NCBI GenBank assembly: GCA_040758355.1
Contig: JBFLWF010000007.1
Coordinates: 1 to 64,000, forward strand
DNA from: Nitrospirota bacterium
Lineage (GTDB): Bacteria > Nitrospirota > Thermodesulfovibrionia > Thermodesulfovibrionales > Dissulfurispiraceae
Direction of reading: 5' to 3'
DNA length: 64,000 nt
A program made the position numbers and the translations under genes. This document shows positions 22,255 to 32,312 of the stretch, in pieces (the stretch's first letter is position 1; each line of letters starts with the position of its first letter). The notes beneath the pieces are model-generated. The model did not search any database. It worked only from the letters and a program-made list of their open reading frames with translations, and was not told where the DNA came from.

Positions 22255-23700
22255 ATGTCCATTGAGAGACTTAAAAGGATAGATGAAAACAGGCTGGAAG
22301 TCCCCGGCGACTACAAGCCCGGGATGAGGACGAAAGGGATTATTTATGTGGATAATGTTCTTGAGAAGGAACTGGAATCCGAATCCATCGAGCAGGTTGC
22401 GAATGTGGCCACGCTTCCTGGTATTGTTGGCGCATCGCTGGCAATGCCTGATATTCATACGGGCTATGGGTTTCCCATCGGCGGCGTTGCTGCATTTGAC
22501 ATTAAAGAGGGAATAATCTCTCCTGGCGGTGTCGGGTATGACATAAACTGCGGGGTCAGGCTTCTAAGGACTAATTTTAAAAAAGATATTCTTGTCCCGA
22601 AACTAAAAGAGCTTATTGATGCCCTTTACAATGAAATACCATCGGGTGTTGGCTCAAAGGGCAAAATTAGACTCGGCCCGGAAGAAGAAGAAAAGCTGCT
22701 TTTAAAGGGTGCGAGATGGGCTGTTGAAAAAGGGCTTGGAGACACATCAGACCTTGAAAAGATCGAGTCTGGAGGATGTCTTGAAGGTGCAGACCCATCC
22801 ATTGTCAGCCAGAAGGCATACGAAAGGGGAAGGGCTCAGCAGGGGACTTTAGGCTCGGGTAACCATTTTCTTGAGGTTCAGTATGTGGATGAGATATACG
22901 ATGAAAAGACAGCAAATGCCCTCGGTCTTTTTAAAGATCAGGCAACTGTTATGATACATTCAGGTTCGAGGGGATTCGGCCATCAGGTGTGCACGGATTT
23001 CCTTGAGGTGATGGGCAGGGCTGTCCAGAAATATAATATTGTACTGCCTGACAGGGAGCTTGCATGCGCGCCGTTTAACAGCCCCGAGGCGCAGGATTAT
23101 TTTGCTGCAATGAAGGCTGCTGCCAATTATGCATGGGGCAACAGACAATGCCTTATGCACTGGACTCGAGATGTTTTTATGTCTGTATTTAATGTTTCGC
23201 CCTCAGAACTCGGCATGACACTGATTTATGATGTTGCTCATAACATAGCAAAGATAGAAGAGCATATTGTTAATGGAAAGAAGAAAAAATTGGTGGTTCA
23301 CAGAAAGGGCGCTACACGGGCATTTCCACCGGGACACCCCGAACTGCCAGCAGTTTATAGAAACTTAGGACAGCCTGTTCTTATCCCTGGCGATATGGGC
23401 AGGGCATCATTTGTTCTTATCGGTACAGAAAAGGCGATGAATGAGACATTTGGCTCCACGTGCCACGGTGCAGGAAGGGTGATGTCAAGGCATCAGGCAA
23501 TCAGGCAGGCAAAGGGGCGGGCTATATGGCGCGAGATGGAGGATAAAGGCATAATTGTGAGGGCTGCTGGAAGGGAAACCCTTGCCGAGGAGATGTCAGA
23601 GGCTTATAAGGATGTCTCCAATGTGGTTGAGGTTGTGCATAATGCAGGGATTTCTTTAAAGGTTGCGAGGTTGAGGCCGATGGGAGTGATAAAGGGATAG
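22255..23700 (+). CDS. rtcB: RtcB RNA ligase
   Basis: PDIHTGYGFPIGG, DINCG, GNHFLE, HSGSRG, HRKGAT, HGAGR. Confidence 0.97.
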   Translation: MSIERLKRIDENRLEVPGDYKPGMRTKGIIYVDNVLEKELESESIEQVANVATLPGIVGASLAMPDIHTGYGFPIGGVAAFDIKEGIISPGGVGYDINCGVRLLRTNFKKDILVPKLKELIDALYNEIPSGVGSKGKIRLGPEEEEKLLLKGARWAVEKGLGDTSDLEKIESGGCLEGADPSIVSQKAYERGRAQQGTLGSGNHFLEVQYVDEIYDEKTANALGLFKDQATVMIHSGSRGFGHQVCTDFLEVMGRAVQKYNIVLPDRELACAPFNSPEAQDYFAAMKAAANYAWGNRQCLMHWTRDVFMSVFNVSPSELGMTLIYDVAHNIAKIEEHIVNGKKKKLVVHRKGATRAFPPGHPELPAVYRNLGQPVLIPGDMGRASFVLIGTEKAMNETFGSTCHGAGRVMSRHQAIRQAKGRAIWREMEDKGIIVRAAGRETLAEEMSEAYKDVSNVVEVVHNAGISLKVARLRPMGVIKG

Positions 23701-23703
23701 AAA

Positions 23704-23734
23704 AGTAATGGAGTAATGGAGTTGTGGAGTAATG
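23704..23734. repeat. (GGAGTAAT) 8-mer tandem supplying the mqnA SD and ATG
   Basis: agtaatggagtaatggagttgtggagtaATG. Confidence 0.75.
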
Positions 23735-24553
23735 AAATTAAGAATAGGCAAGATTCCTTATGCAAATCTTTTTCCTATATTCTATATGCTGGGAAAAGAG
23801 TGCGATTGCTCGTTTTATGAATTTATCGAAGGCGTGCCTTCGAGACTCAATAAAATGCTCAGAAAAGGCGAAATAGATGTAAGCCCGTCTTCATCCATCG
23901 AGTATCTGAAAAATCCATCCCTTTATCAGATTATCGAAGGCCATTCCATCAGCTCCAGAGGCCCGATTGGAAGCATCTTCCTTTTCAGTAAAAAGAATAT
24001 TCATGGATTGAATAACAGCACCGTGCATGTATCTTCACAGTCAGAAACATCTGTTGCCTTGCTTGATATTATCCTTAAAAAATTTTACGGTATTCAGTGT
24101 AAAATGCAGGTGTCACGGAATCCCGAAAACTCAGGTGCTGAGGCATTTCTGCTTATTGGCGATGATGCAATTAAACAAGGGTCAAGGGTCAATCTACAAG
24201 ACCCTGCGGGGGGTCAAAGGTCAAGGGTTTACGACCTCGGAGAGATTTGGTATGAAAAAACAGGTTTGCCATTTGTCTTTGCTTTATGGATTGCGAGGAA
24301 GAAACTTTTTGAAGGTCAAGGGTCAGGGGTCAAGGGTCGAAGGGAGTTATTGAATAAATTCATCAAAGATTTGGATACAGCAAAAGAGATTGCTTTAAAG
24401 AAGCTTGTAGAGATTGCACAGCACTCGCCAATGAAAGAGTTCATGTCAGAAGAGGAGATTATCTCTTACTGGAATAAGATTGACTATGAGCTTACACCAG
24501 AGCATAAGAGAGGGCTTGATTTGTTTAATCGATATCTAAAGGAACTATCTTAA
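23732..24553 (+). CDS. mqnA: Chorismate dehydratase (futalosine menaquinone pathway)
   Basis: IGKIPYANLFP, SETSVAL, LIGDDA, DLGEIW..TGLPFVFALW. Confidence 0.88.
   Translation: MKLRIGKIPYANLFPIFYMLGKECDCSFYEFIEGVPSRLNKMLRKGEIDVSPSSSIEYLKNPSLYQIIEGHSISSRGPIGSIFLFSKKNIHGLNNSTVHVSSQSETSVALLDIILKKFYGIQCKMQVSRNPENSGAEAFLLIGDDAIKQGSRVNLQDPAGGQRSRVYDLGEIWYEKTGLPFVFALWIARKKLFEGQGSGVKGRRELLNKFIKDLDTAKEIALKKLVEIAQHSPMKEFMSEEEIISYWNKIDYELTPEHKRGLDLFNRYLKELS
24176..24228. repeat. GGGTCAA tandem with 28 bp hairpin core, in frame in mqnA
   Basis: Encodes QGSRVNLQDPAGGQRSRV; core identical to the iscS copy. Confidence 0.9.
24313..24343. repeat. Second GGGTCAA tandem in mqnA
   Basis: aggtcaagggtcaggggtcaagggtcgaaggg, encoding GQGSGVKGRR. 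Confidence 0.8.
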
Positions 24554-24627
24554 TTTTTAACCTCAAATCTATCTAAAAACCTTGAGATTTTTATATAAGA
24601 CTGTTAGTATATAAGTCAATTTAAAAT

Positions 24628-24708
24628 GTGAATGGGCGTATGAGTGAATGGGTAGATGAGCGGAGTTTTTTACCCATATACTCATTAACTCTTTTACTCA
24701 TTAACTCA
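24628..24708. repeat. Intergenic inverted 8-mer tandem pair
   Basis: gtgaatgggcgtatgagtgaatgggtagatgag ... tacccatatactcattaactcttttactcattaactca. Confidence 0.8.
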
Positions 24709-24728
24709 AAAACAATCGGAGGTGTTAA

Positions 24729-25079
24729 ATGTTTCTATTTAATTTGATTACAGAGGCGTATGCTATGGGTCCTGCTCCTCAGGCAGGAGGACAGGCAGGT
24801 GGGGCGCAGGGCATGATCGCAAGCCTGCTTCCCTTGATACTTATCTTTGTGGTCTTCTATTTCCTCCTCATAAGGCCACAGCAGAAAAAGGCAAAAGAGC
24901 ACAAACAGATGCTCGAAAACCTTAAAAAGGGCGATAAGGTAATAACTGGAGGCGGCATCTACGGAGTTGTTGAAAGCGTTGGCAATAACACCATTGTCTT
25001 AAAGATAGCCGAGAATGTAAAGGTGAAATTCGGAAAAGGCTACATCGCTGCCGTAAGGCCGGCAACGGACGAAGACTAA
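24729..25079 (+). CDS. yajC: Preprotein translocase YajC
   Basis: FYFLLIRPQQK, KGDKVITGGGIYG. Confidence 0.95.
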   Translation: MFLFNLITEAYAMGPAPQAGGQAGGAQGMIASLLPLILIFVVFYFLLIRPQQKKAKEHKQMLENLKKGDKVITGGGIYGVVESVGNNTIVLKIAENVKVKFGKGYIAAVRPATDED

Positions 25080-25097
25080 TTGGAGGATATGATATAA

Positions 25098-26720
25098 ATG
25101 AAGAAAGGTGTATTCTGGAGGGTAATCCTTATAACTCTGACTGTAGTAATCGCTGCAATTTTCTTTCTGCCAAACACACCGTTGTTTCAGGGCATGCCTG
25201 ATTGGTGGAAGAAGACCATGCCTAACAAGGGCATGGTCCTCGGGCTTGACCTTCAGGGCGGATTGCATCTGGTTTTTGAGGTGGAAGGAGATAAGGCCGT
25301 AGAGATTGCCACCGAAAGGATTGCATCCTCTTTGCCAGGAATCCTCGAAAGAAAAAAGATTCAGGCAAGCGTAAAAAAGGATGGACTCTTTGTGGTTGTG
25401 ACACCTGCCAATATGGATATAAGAAAGGTTATAGAGGATACGTATCCTGTGCTGACACTTGCGGAAGGCAGCGGTGTGCTTAAATACAAGCTTTCTGCAA
25501 AGGAGGTTCAGAGGATTAAGGATACGGCCACAGACCAGGTGCTCGAGATTATAAGGAACAGGATAGACCAGTTCGGCGTTTCAGAGCCGGTTATACACAG
25601 ACAGTCGGAAAATGAAATCGTTGTCCAGCTTCCAGGCGTAAAAGATCCCAAAAGGGCGGTGGAGATTATAGGTAAGACGGCATTGCTTGAATTCAAGCTT
25701 GCCGATGATGAATCACCTCTCGCTGCAGAGTTACCTGCTTCCATAATGCCAGGAGAGGAGACACAACTTTTCGAGAGGTTCAGAAACAGGATCCCTGAAG
25801 GGGATGAGATACTCTTCCAGAAGGTTATAAACAAAGAGACAGGCGTTGTCACAAAAAGACCTGTCCTCCTCAAAAAGGAAACGCTCCTCACAGGCGATCT
25901 TTTGACAGAGGCAAGGATCAACATAGACGAGAGGTTCAACGAGCCGTACGTCTCCATTAGATTTAATCCGGCAGGAGCAAAGATATTCGAGGATATAACA
26001 GGGCAGAATGTAAAGAAGAGGCTCGCCATAATCCTCGATGGAAATGTGTATTCCGCACCTGTGATTCAGGAGAGGATAAGCGGAGGAGATGCCCAGATAA
26101 CAGGAAGCTTCACAATGGATGAGGCAAAGGATCTTGCAATCGTATTGAGGGCCGGTGCATTGCCTGCTCCTGTTAAGACACTCCAGAATGTTACTGTCGG
26201 GCCATCCCTCGGAAGGGATTCCATCGAGGCCGGCAAGATGGCGGGTATTGTGGGTACAATACTTGTTGTTGTATTCATGATTTTCTACTACAGGCTTTCA
26301 GGGGTTATAGCTGATTTTGCACTTGTTTTGAATATCATACTTTTGTTGGGTGCAATGGCATCCCTTAATGCAACCCTTACCATGCCCGGCATTGCGGGTA
26401 TAATACTGGCAATAGGCATGGCAGTAGACTCCAATGTCCTTATGTTCGAGAGGATGAGGGAAGAGATAAGGACAGGCAAGACACCGAGGGCTGCGGTTGA
26501 GAGCGGATATAAAAAGGCATTCTGGACAATATTCGATTCCCACGTAACGACACTTATAACTGCTGCCGTATTATTCCAGTTCGGAACCGGCCCTATAAAA
26601 GGCTTTGCGGTTACATTGAGCCTCGGCGTTGCCATAAATCTCTTCACAGCACTTATAGGGACAAAGACTGTCTTTGACGTCATCCAAACCAAGAAAGAGG
26701 TCAAGAGGTTGAGCATATGA
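25098..26720 (+). CDS. secD: Protein translocase SecD
   Basis: [38 protein letters not shown]. Confidence 0.97.
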   Translation: MKKGVFWRVILITLTVVIAAIFFLPNTPLFQGMPDWWKKTMPNKGMVLGLDLQGGLHLVFEVEGDKAVEIATERIASSLPGILERKKIQASVKKDGLFVVVTPANMDIRKVIEDTYPVLTLAEGSGVLKYKLSAKEVQRIKDTATDQVLEIIRNRIDQFGVSEPVIHRQSENEIVVQLPGVKDPKRAVEIIGKTALLEFKLADDESPLAAELPASIMPGEETQLFERFRNRIPEGDEILFQKVINKETGVVTKRPVLLKKETLLTGDLLTEARINIDERFNEPYVSIRFNPAGAKIFEDITGQNVKKRLAIILDGNVYSAPVIQERISGGDAQITGSFTMDEAKDLAIVLRAGALPAPVKTLQNVTVGPSLGRDSIEAGKMAGIVGTILVVVFMIFYYRLSGVIADFALVLNIILLLGAMASLNATLTMPGIAGIILAIGMAVDSNVLMFERMREEIRTGKTPRAAVESGYKKAFWTIFDSHVTTLITAAVLFQFGTGPIKGFAVTLSLGVAINLFTALIGTKTVFDVIQTKKEVKRLSI

Positions 26721-27613
26721 TAGAACTGCTGAAAGGCACAAATATAGATTTTATGGGTAAAAAAAGGTATGCCTTTATAGTTACTGGCATACTGTCGGTG
26801 CTTGGTATTATAGCTATTGTTCAGATAGCTCTTGGTAATGCAAATTTAGGTGTTGATTTTGCCGGTGGAACCGCGGTGCAGATAAAGTTTGCACAGTCGG
26901 TATCTCTGCATGATGTCAGGAAGGCATTGGAAGAAGGAGGGCTGAAGGATTTCGACTTGCAGGATCTGCCTACGGAGAATAAAATTCTTATAAGGGTGAA
27001 AAAACAAGAAGAGAAACTCGGAGGCTTTTCCGAAAAGATAATACAGGTTCTTTCCAATAAATTTTCAGATAAGAAACCTGTTGTGGATTCCACTACAGAG
27101 ATAGGTCCTAAGGTTGGATCGAAGCTGAGAAAGGATGCATTATGGGCTGTATCAATGGCTATTGTGGGTTTGCTGATATATGTGGGCTGGAGGTTTCAGT
27201 TAAGATTCGGAGTCGGTGCAACCATCGCCACATTTCATGATGTCCTTGCTGTTCTCGGCATCTTTTATGTACTCGATAAAGAGATGAACCTGATTGTTCT
27301 AAGTGCCCTGTTGGCCATTGCAGGCTACTCCCTTACCGATACAGTTGTTGTATTTGACAGGATAAGGGAGAATATGAAACGCATGCTGAAAGAACCAATA
27401 GAGGCTGTTATTAATAAGAGTATCAACGAAGTGCTTTCCCGCACTATCATAACATCCTTTACAACATTTCTTGCAGCCCTTGCATTGTTTTTATTCGGCG
27501 GGGAGGTAATACACGATTTCGCCCTTGCCATGCTTATAGGCTTAGCGATTGGAACATACTCTTCCATTTTTGTTGCGAGCCCAGTTGTTGTGCTTCTTGG
27601 TAAAAAGAGGTAA
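26717..27613 (+). CDS. secF: Protein translocase SecF
   Basis: [35 protein letters not shown]. Confidence 0.97.
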   Translation: MIELLKGTNIDFMGKKRYAFIVTGILSVLGIIAIVQIALGNANLGVDFAGGTAVQIKFAQSVSLHDVRKALEEGGLKDFDLQDLPTENKILIRVKKQEEKLGGFSEKIIQVLSNKFSDKKPVVDSTTEIGPKVGSKLRKDALWAVSMAIVGLLIYVGWRFQLRFGVGATIATFHDVLAVLGIFYVLDKEMNLIVLSALLAIAGYSLTDTVVVFDRIRENMKRMLKEPIEAVINKSINEVLSRTIITSFTTFLAALALFLFGGEVIHDFALAMLIGLAIGTYSSIFVASPVVVLLGKKR

Positions 27614-27620
27614 GGAGTAG

Positions 27621-29396
27621 GTGCTTAACGGCACAACATACAAATGGCTGGTAAACAGAACCAACCCCGAGTATGTTGATTATATTTCGAGGATTGCCTC
27701 TGTATCTCCTGCATTTGCACAGGTATTAATAAACAGGGGAATTAAAACACCCGACCATCTCTATGCCTTCCTCAATCCTGCCATTGACAGGCTGTCAGAC
27801 CCATTTGAGTTGCCTCACATTAAAATCGCCATAGACAGGATCAGGGAGGCAAAGAGAAACGGCGAGCGGGTTCTTGTCCACGGAGACTACGATGCAGACG
27901 GCGTTACTGCAACGGCAATAATGGTTGAGGGTCTGAAAAAAATCGGCGTTGATGTTCACTATTTCATTCCAAACAGAATAGCCCACGGTTATGGATTCGG
28001 CAGTGCAGGAATTGAAAGGGCAAAGAAGATCGGTGCAAAACTCATCATCACTGTGGACTGCGGAATTACATCGTTTGATGCTGTCTCTACCGCAAATTCT
28101 CTCGGAATAGATGCGATAATCACAGACCATCATGAACCGGTAAGGCAGTCAGCAGTCAGCAGTCAGCAGTCAGCAGTCAAAGGAGAATTTTTGCTTCCAG
28201 ATGCATTGGCAATAGTAAATCCTAAAATTCAACACTCCAGCACTCCAGCATTCCAACATACCAATCTCTCCGGTGCTGGGGTTGCATTCAAGCTCGTAAC
28301 AGCCCTTTTTGAGAATAATATCGATGATGTATATGAACTCCTTGACCTCGCTGCGATCGGGACTGCTGCCGATGTTGTACCTGTGATCGGAGACAACAGG
28401 ATTATCCTCAAAGAAGGCATTAAATTAATACAGTCAGGAGAAAGGGTTGGCATCAGGGCTTTGAAGGATGCATCCGGAATTCGACCGGACTTTTTTAAAA
28501 CTTCATTTTTGTACTACATTCTCATACCCAGAATTAACGCTGCAGGCAGGGTGGCAGATGCGAACGACGTTGTCAGGCTTTTAACCACAAAATCAGAGGC
28601 AGAGGCAGGAGAACTTTCCAGATGGCTCCATGATTTGAATTCAAAGAGACAGGAGATAGAGGAATCTGTTTATAATGAAGCCATGGAGATGCTCCAGAAA
28701 TTCGAAATTCGAAATTCGAAATTCGAAATTGGTGGAGCAATTGTTCTTGCATCGGAAGGATGGCATCACGGTGTGGTCGGTATTGTGGCATCGAGGATTG
28801 CGGAACAATACTACAGGCCGACATTTATACTATCCATAGAAAACGGCGTGGCTAAAGGCTCTGCGCGGAGCATCCCTCCTTTTGATATTCATCACGGTCT
28901 TACGCTTTGCAAGGATATCCTTAAAAGATTTGGCGGGCATAAGCAGGCAGCAGGGTTGAGCCTTTCATCCGGAGATATTGAAAAGTTCAGGACAGTGATC
29001 TCCGATATTGTAAACAATACCCTATCCGAAGACGACTTTGTTCCTGTCTTGAATATCGATGCTGCCGTAAATATGTCCGATATCAGCATAGAACTTATAG
29101 ATGAAATTGCGAGACTCGAACCCTTCGGCTATGGCAATGACGAGCCATTATTCGGCGCAAGAGGACTGGAAGTAATACAGCCGAGGATCGTGGGAAATAA
29201 TCATCTCAAGATGCACTTAAGGCAAAACGGGCGCAGGATAAACAGCATAGGATTCGATTTTGGAGGGCTTTTGAATGCTGTTGAAGATAATGCATTGATT
29301 GATGCTGTGTTTTTGCCGATAATAAATGAGTGGGACGGAGGGAGATATTTGCAGTTGAATCTGAAGGCGATAAGGAAAACACAGAGTAATTTATGA
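27621..29396 (+). CDS. recJ: ssDNA exonuclease RecJ
   Basis: [40 protein letters not shown]. Confidence 0.96.
   Translation: MLNGTTYKWLVNRTNPEYVDYISRIASVSPAFAQVLINRGIKTPDHLYAFLNPAIDRLSDPFELPHIKIAIDRIREAKRNGERVLVHGDYDADGVTATAIMVEGLKKIGVDVHYFIPNRIAHGYGFGSAGIERAKKIGAKLIITVDCGITSFDAVSTANSLGIDAIITDHHEPVRQSAVSSQQSAVKGEFLLPDALAIVNPKIQHSSTPAFQHTNLSGAGVAFKLVTALFENNIDDVYELLDLAAIGTAADVVPVIGDNRIILKEGIKLIQSGERVGIRALKDASGIRPDFFKTSFLYYILIPRINAAGRVADANDVVRLLTTKSEAEAGELSRWLHDLNSKRQEIEESVYNEAMEMLQKFEIRNSKFEIGGAIVLASEGWHHGVVGIVASRIAEQYYRPTFILSIENGVAKGSARSIPPFDIHHGLTLCKDILKRFGGHKQAAGLSLSSGDIEKFRTVISDIVNNTLSEDDFVPVLNIDAAVNMSDISIELIDEIARLEPFGYGNDEPLFGARGLEVIQPRIVGNNHLKMHLRQNGRRINSIGFDFGGLLNAVEDNALIDAVFLPIINEWDGGRYLQLNLKAIRKTQSNL
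28145..28179. repeat. (GCAGTCA)x5 perfect, in frame in recJ
   Basis: Immediately after DHHEP, encoding [11 protein letters not shown]. Confidence 0.95.
28228..28258. repeat. (CACTCCAG) 8-mer tandem in recJ
   Basis: ttcaacactccagcactccagcattccaaca, encoding [11 protein letters not shown]. Confidence 0.8.
28697..28730. repeat. (GAAATTC)x~5 in recJ
   Basis: Encodes [11 protein letters not shown]. Confidence 0.92.
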
Positions 29397-30187
29397 AAGT
29401 TACAATTAATGATTTTTTGAAGATGAAGCAGGAAGGGCAGAAGATCACAATGCTTACTGCCTACGACTATCCTTTTGCACAGATTGTCGATGAGGCGGGT
29501 ATAGATGCAATTTTAGTAGGCGATTCACTATCGATGGTCGTTCAGGGGCTTGAGAATACCCTTCCTGTAACAATGGATGAGATGGTATATCACACAAAGA
29601 TGGTTTCGAGGGCAGCAAAGAGGGCCATGGTTATAGCCGATATGCCTTATCTTTCATATCAGATAAGCATTGAAGATGCAGTAAGAAATGCAGGAAGATT
29701 TATTAAAGAGGCTGGCGCACATGCTGTAAAAATAGAAGGCGGAAGGGAAGTAGCTGAAAAGGTTGAGGCGATGACAAAGGCAGAAATTCCTGTTATGGCG
29801 CATATAGGCCTTACTCCTCAGGCTATCCATAGGATGGGAGGATATAAGGTGCAGGGCAGGACAGAGGAGGCAGCAAAGACACTTTTAGAAGATGCAAAGA
29901 TCCTTCAGGACGCAGGTGCATTCTCGCTGCTCCTTGAGGCAATCCCTGCAGGACTTGCAGCACAGATAACAAAAGATTTAACGATACCAACAATCGGCAT
30001 AGGCGCGGGGCTTCACTGCGACGGACAGGTTTTGGTTATACATGATGTCCTCGGATTGTTCGAGAGGTTTGTGCCGAAGTTTGTTAAGAGGTATGCAAAT
30101 CTCAAGGATGATGCTTTAAAAGCAATAAAGCAGTATAAGGAAGAAGTCGAGAAAGGCTTGTTTCCCGGAAAAGAACATTCGTTTTGA
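29393..30187 (+). CDS. panB: 3-methyl-2-oxobutanoate hydroxymethyltransferase
   Basis: LTAYD, LVGDS, VKIEGG, HIGLTPQ, GIGAG..CDGQVLV. Confidence 0.97.
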   Translation: MKVTINDFLKMKQEGQKITMLTAYDYPFAQIVDEAGIDAILVGDSLSMVVQGLENTLPVTMDEMVYHTKMVSRAAKRAMVIADMPYLSYQISIEDAVRNAGRFIKEAGAHAVKIEGGREVAEKVEAMTKAEIPVMAHIGLTPQAIHRMGGYKVQGRTEEAAKTLLEDAKILQDAGAFSLLLEAIPAGLAAQITKDLTIPTIGIGAGLHCDGQVLVIHDVLGLFERFVPKFVKRYANLKDDALKAIKQYKEEVEKGLFPGKEHSF

Positions 30188-30193
30188 AAATAC

Positions 30194-30271
30194 AGTAATT
30201 GAGTAATCAAGTAAATGAGTAATTGAGTTTTTGATTTCTTATTTACTCAATAACTTAATCGCTTAATTACT
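30194..30271. repeat. Intergenic inverted 8-mer tandem pair
   Basis: agtaattgagtaatcaagtaaatgagtaattgag ... ttatttactcaataacttaatcgcttaattact. Confidence 0.8.
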
Positions 30272-30281
30272 TTCGGAGGCA

Positions 30282-30710
30282 TTGATGGCAAAGAAATCTG
30301 TTTTAGTGTGCGTGAAAAAGGATATTGTCCATCCAATAAGCTGGGCATTGAGGGAATTTGAAAAGCAGATAAGCGTGAGGTATCTCGACACTACAAAGCA
30401 GCTTGGAATGGTTCTTGGAGATGTGGAGAACTGCTGCGCCGTAATCCTCGATTCCAACATTGGCGATGAATCGACCCTTGATTTTGCAAAGGAGATAAAG
30501 AATGATAAGCCGTCTCTGAAAATCCTTCTAATAGCCTCTTCGGGAACTACAAAGGAAGAGATAGTCGGACTTATCCAATCAAAGATAGTGAGCGGAGTCC
30601 TTATAAGGCCTTTTACTGCAGAACAGGTGAGCGACTATATTTACAAGCTCTGCGGTTTTCAGAAGCCTTCAGAGGTTCCATGGTATATGCAAACAGGGAT
30701 GAAGCCGTGA
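30282..30710 (+). CDS. Atypical stand-alone receiver-domain-like protein
   Basis: VILD..G..LDFAKEIK..ILLI..RPF pattern; canonical acidic pocket and Lys are altered. Confidence 0.55.
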   Translation: MMAKKSVLVCVKKDIVHPISWALREFEKQISVRYLDTTKQLGMVLGDVENCCAVILDSNIGDESTLDFAKEIKNDKPSLKILLIASSGTTKEEIVGLIQSKIVSGVLIRPFTAEQVSDYIYKLCGFQKPSEVPWYMQTGMKP

Positions 30711-32266
30711 AAGTCGTTACAGCCCAAGAAATGAGAGAAATCGACAGGATTACCATAGAAGACTACGGCATTCCCGGCCTTGTCCTTATGGAAAGGGCGG
30801 GGCTTGCGGTTGCTTTAAAAGTAAAGGAACTCTATCCAGACAAAAAAGTTGTTGTCCTTTGCGGGGGCGGAAATAACGGCGGAGACGGGCTTGTGGCAGC
30901 GAGGAATCTCCATAACCGGGGATTTGATGTTAAAGTGTTTCTCGCAGTAGAACCTAAAAAGCTGAGCAGCGATGCTTTAGTTCAGTATAAGATTGCACGC
31001 AAGTTTGGCTTAAGTACAATGCCTCTTAATGAGTTATTAACCCATCACTCATCACTTATTACTCATCACTGTCTTATCGTTGATGCAATATTCGGCACAG
31101 GTCTCAGCCGTCCTGTAAAAGGAAGTCTTGCCGAGGTTTTTAGCCTTATAAACGATTCGGATATTCCTGTTGTTGCAGTGGACATTCCATCAGGCATTTC
31201 CTCCGATACAGGTGAGGTTCTTGGAGAGGCCATAAAGGCTGATTTTACTGTTACCTTTGGATTGCCGAAGAGAGGGCATCTCCTCTATCCCGGCGCAGAA
31301 TATGCGGGCAGGCTTTTTGTCGAAGACATAGGATTCCCTGCGAAGCTCCTTGCATCGGAAAAAATAAAAGTCGAACTGATTGACATGAAGATGGCGTCAG
31401 ACCTGATCCTGCCGAGACCGAAATATTCCCATAAAGGCGATTACGGGCATGTTTTGGTCATAGCAGGTTCAAAGGGCAAGACAGGTGCAGCATTGATGGC
31501 TGCAAAGGCGTGCCTTAGAAGCGGTTCAGGACTTGTGACCATTGCTGTTCCTGAATCATTGATGGATGTTTTTCAGGGAAGGGTTACAGAGGAGATGACA
31601 TTGCCATTGCCTGATGACGGCAGCGGAATGCTCTCATCAAAGGCGATAGATGTTATTTTAAATTTTGCTGCTAAGAAAATCGATGTTATTGCAATCGGCC
31701 CGGGCATAGGAGTTTCACATGACACTGAAAAGGTTGTGATGGAACTCATTCAGAGATCATCTATCCCGCTTGTGATAGATGCGGATGGAATAAACTCTAT
31801 TAGCAGGGCAATAGGCAATAGGCAAGGGACAATAGGTCTTTTTAAAAAGGCAAAAGCGCCCATTATCCTCACACCGCATCCTGGTGAAATGGCGAGGCTA
31901 TTACAAGGGTCAAGGGAAGCAGAAAAAAATAGAATCGATACAGCGATTTCATTTTCAAAAGAAACCGGAGCGTATCTTGTTTTAAAAGGAGTTCCAACAA
32001 TTGTTGCAGAGCCGGATGGGAATGCATTTATAAATACAACAGGAAATCCCGGCATGGCTACCGCGGGCTCCGGCGATGTTTTAACAGGCGCCATTGCTTC
32101 TTTGCTGGGGCAGGGATTGAATCCTATGGGCGCATCTTTACTCGGCGTTTATCTTCACGGACTGGCAGGAGATGCAGCTGCAAGGGAAAAGGGCGAGCAT
32201 TCCCTCATTGCCTCGGATATTATAGATTTTCTGCCGGGTGCATTTGTGCAATTGCTTGACAGTTAA
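30680..32266 (+). CDS. nnr: Bifunctional NAD(P)HX epimerase/dehydratase (start probably GTG near 30707)
   Basis: LMERAG, GNNGGDG, DAIFGTG, HKGDYG, DADG, TPHPGE, AGSGDVL. Confidence 0.94.
   Translation: MVYANRDEAVKVVTAQEMREIDRITIEDYGIPGLVLMERAGLAVALKVKELYPDKKVVVLCGGGNNGGDGLVAARNLHNRGFDVKVFLAVEPKKLSSDALVQYKIARKFGLSTMPLNELLTHHSSLITHHCLIVDAIFGTGLSRPVKGSLAEVFSLINDSDIPVVAVDIPSGISSDTGEVLGEAIKADFTVTFGLPKRGHLLYPGAEYAGRLFVEDIGFPAKLLASEKIKVELIDMKMASDLILPRPKYSHKGDYGHVLVIAGSKGKTGAALMAAKACLRSGSGLVTIAVPESLMDVFQGRVTEEMTLPLPDDGSGMLSSKAIDVILNFAAKKIDVIAIGPGIGVSHDTEKVVMELIQRSSIPLVIDADGINSISRAIGNRQGTIGLFKKAKAPIILTPHPGEMARLLQGSREAEKNRIDTAISFSKETGAYLVLKGVPTIVAEPDGNAFINTTGNPGMATAGSGDVLTGAIASLLGQGLNPMGASLLGVYLHGLAGDAAAREKGEHSLIASDIIDFLPGAFVQLLDS
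31040..31070. repeat. (ACTCATC) 7-mer tandem in nnr
   Basis: Encodes THHSSLITHH. Confidence 0.8.
31807..31916. repeat. Two further tracts in nnr: GGCAATA (31807-31836) and GGGTCAA (31904-31916)
   Basis: Encode RAIGNRQGTIG and QGSRE. Confidence 0.65.
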
Positions 32267-32284
32267 GGCATTTCATGGTATGTT
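32256..32284 (+). promoter_or_regulatory. Sigma-70 promoter of the TonB receptor gene
   Basis: TTGACA-17 nt-TATGTT with TG extension. Confidence 0.55.
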
Positions 32285-32312
32285 AAACACAATTCACATT
32301 GCAGGAGGCTTA

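Noticed and set aside
22255..23700. RtcB splicing the repeat insertions out of mRNA
   Set aside because: All insertions preserve the frame, which argues that they are translated; no splice-like boundaries are seen.
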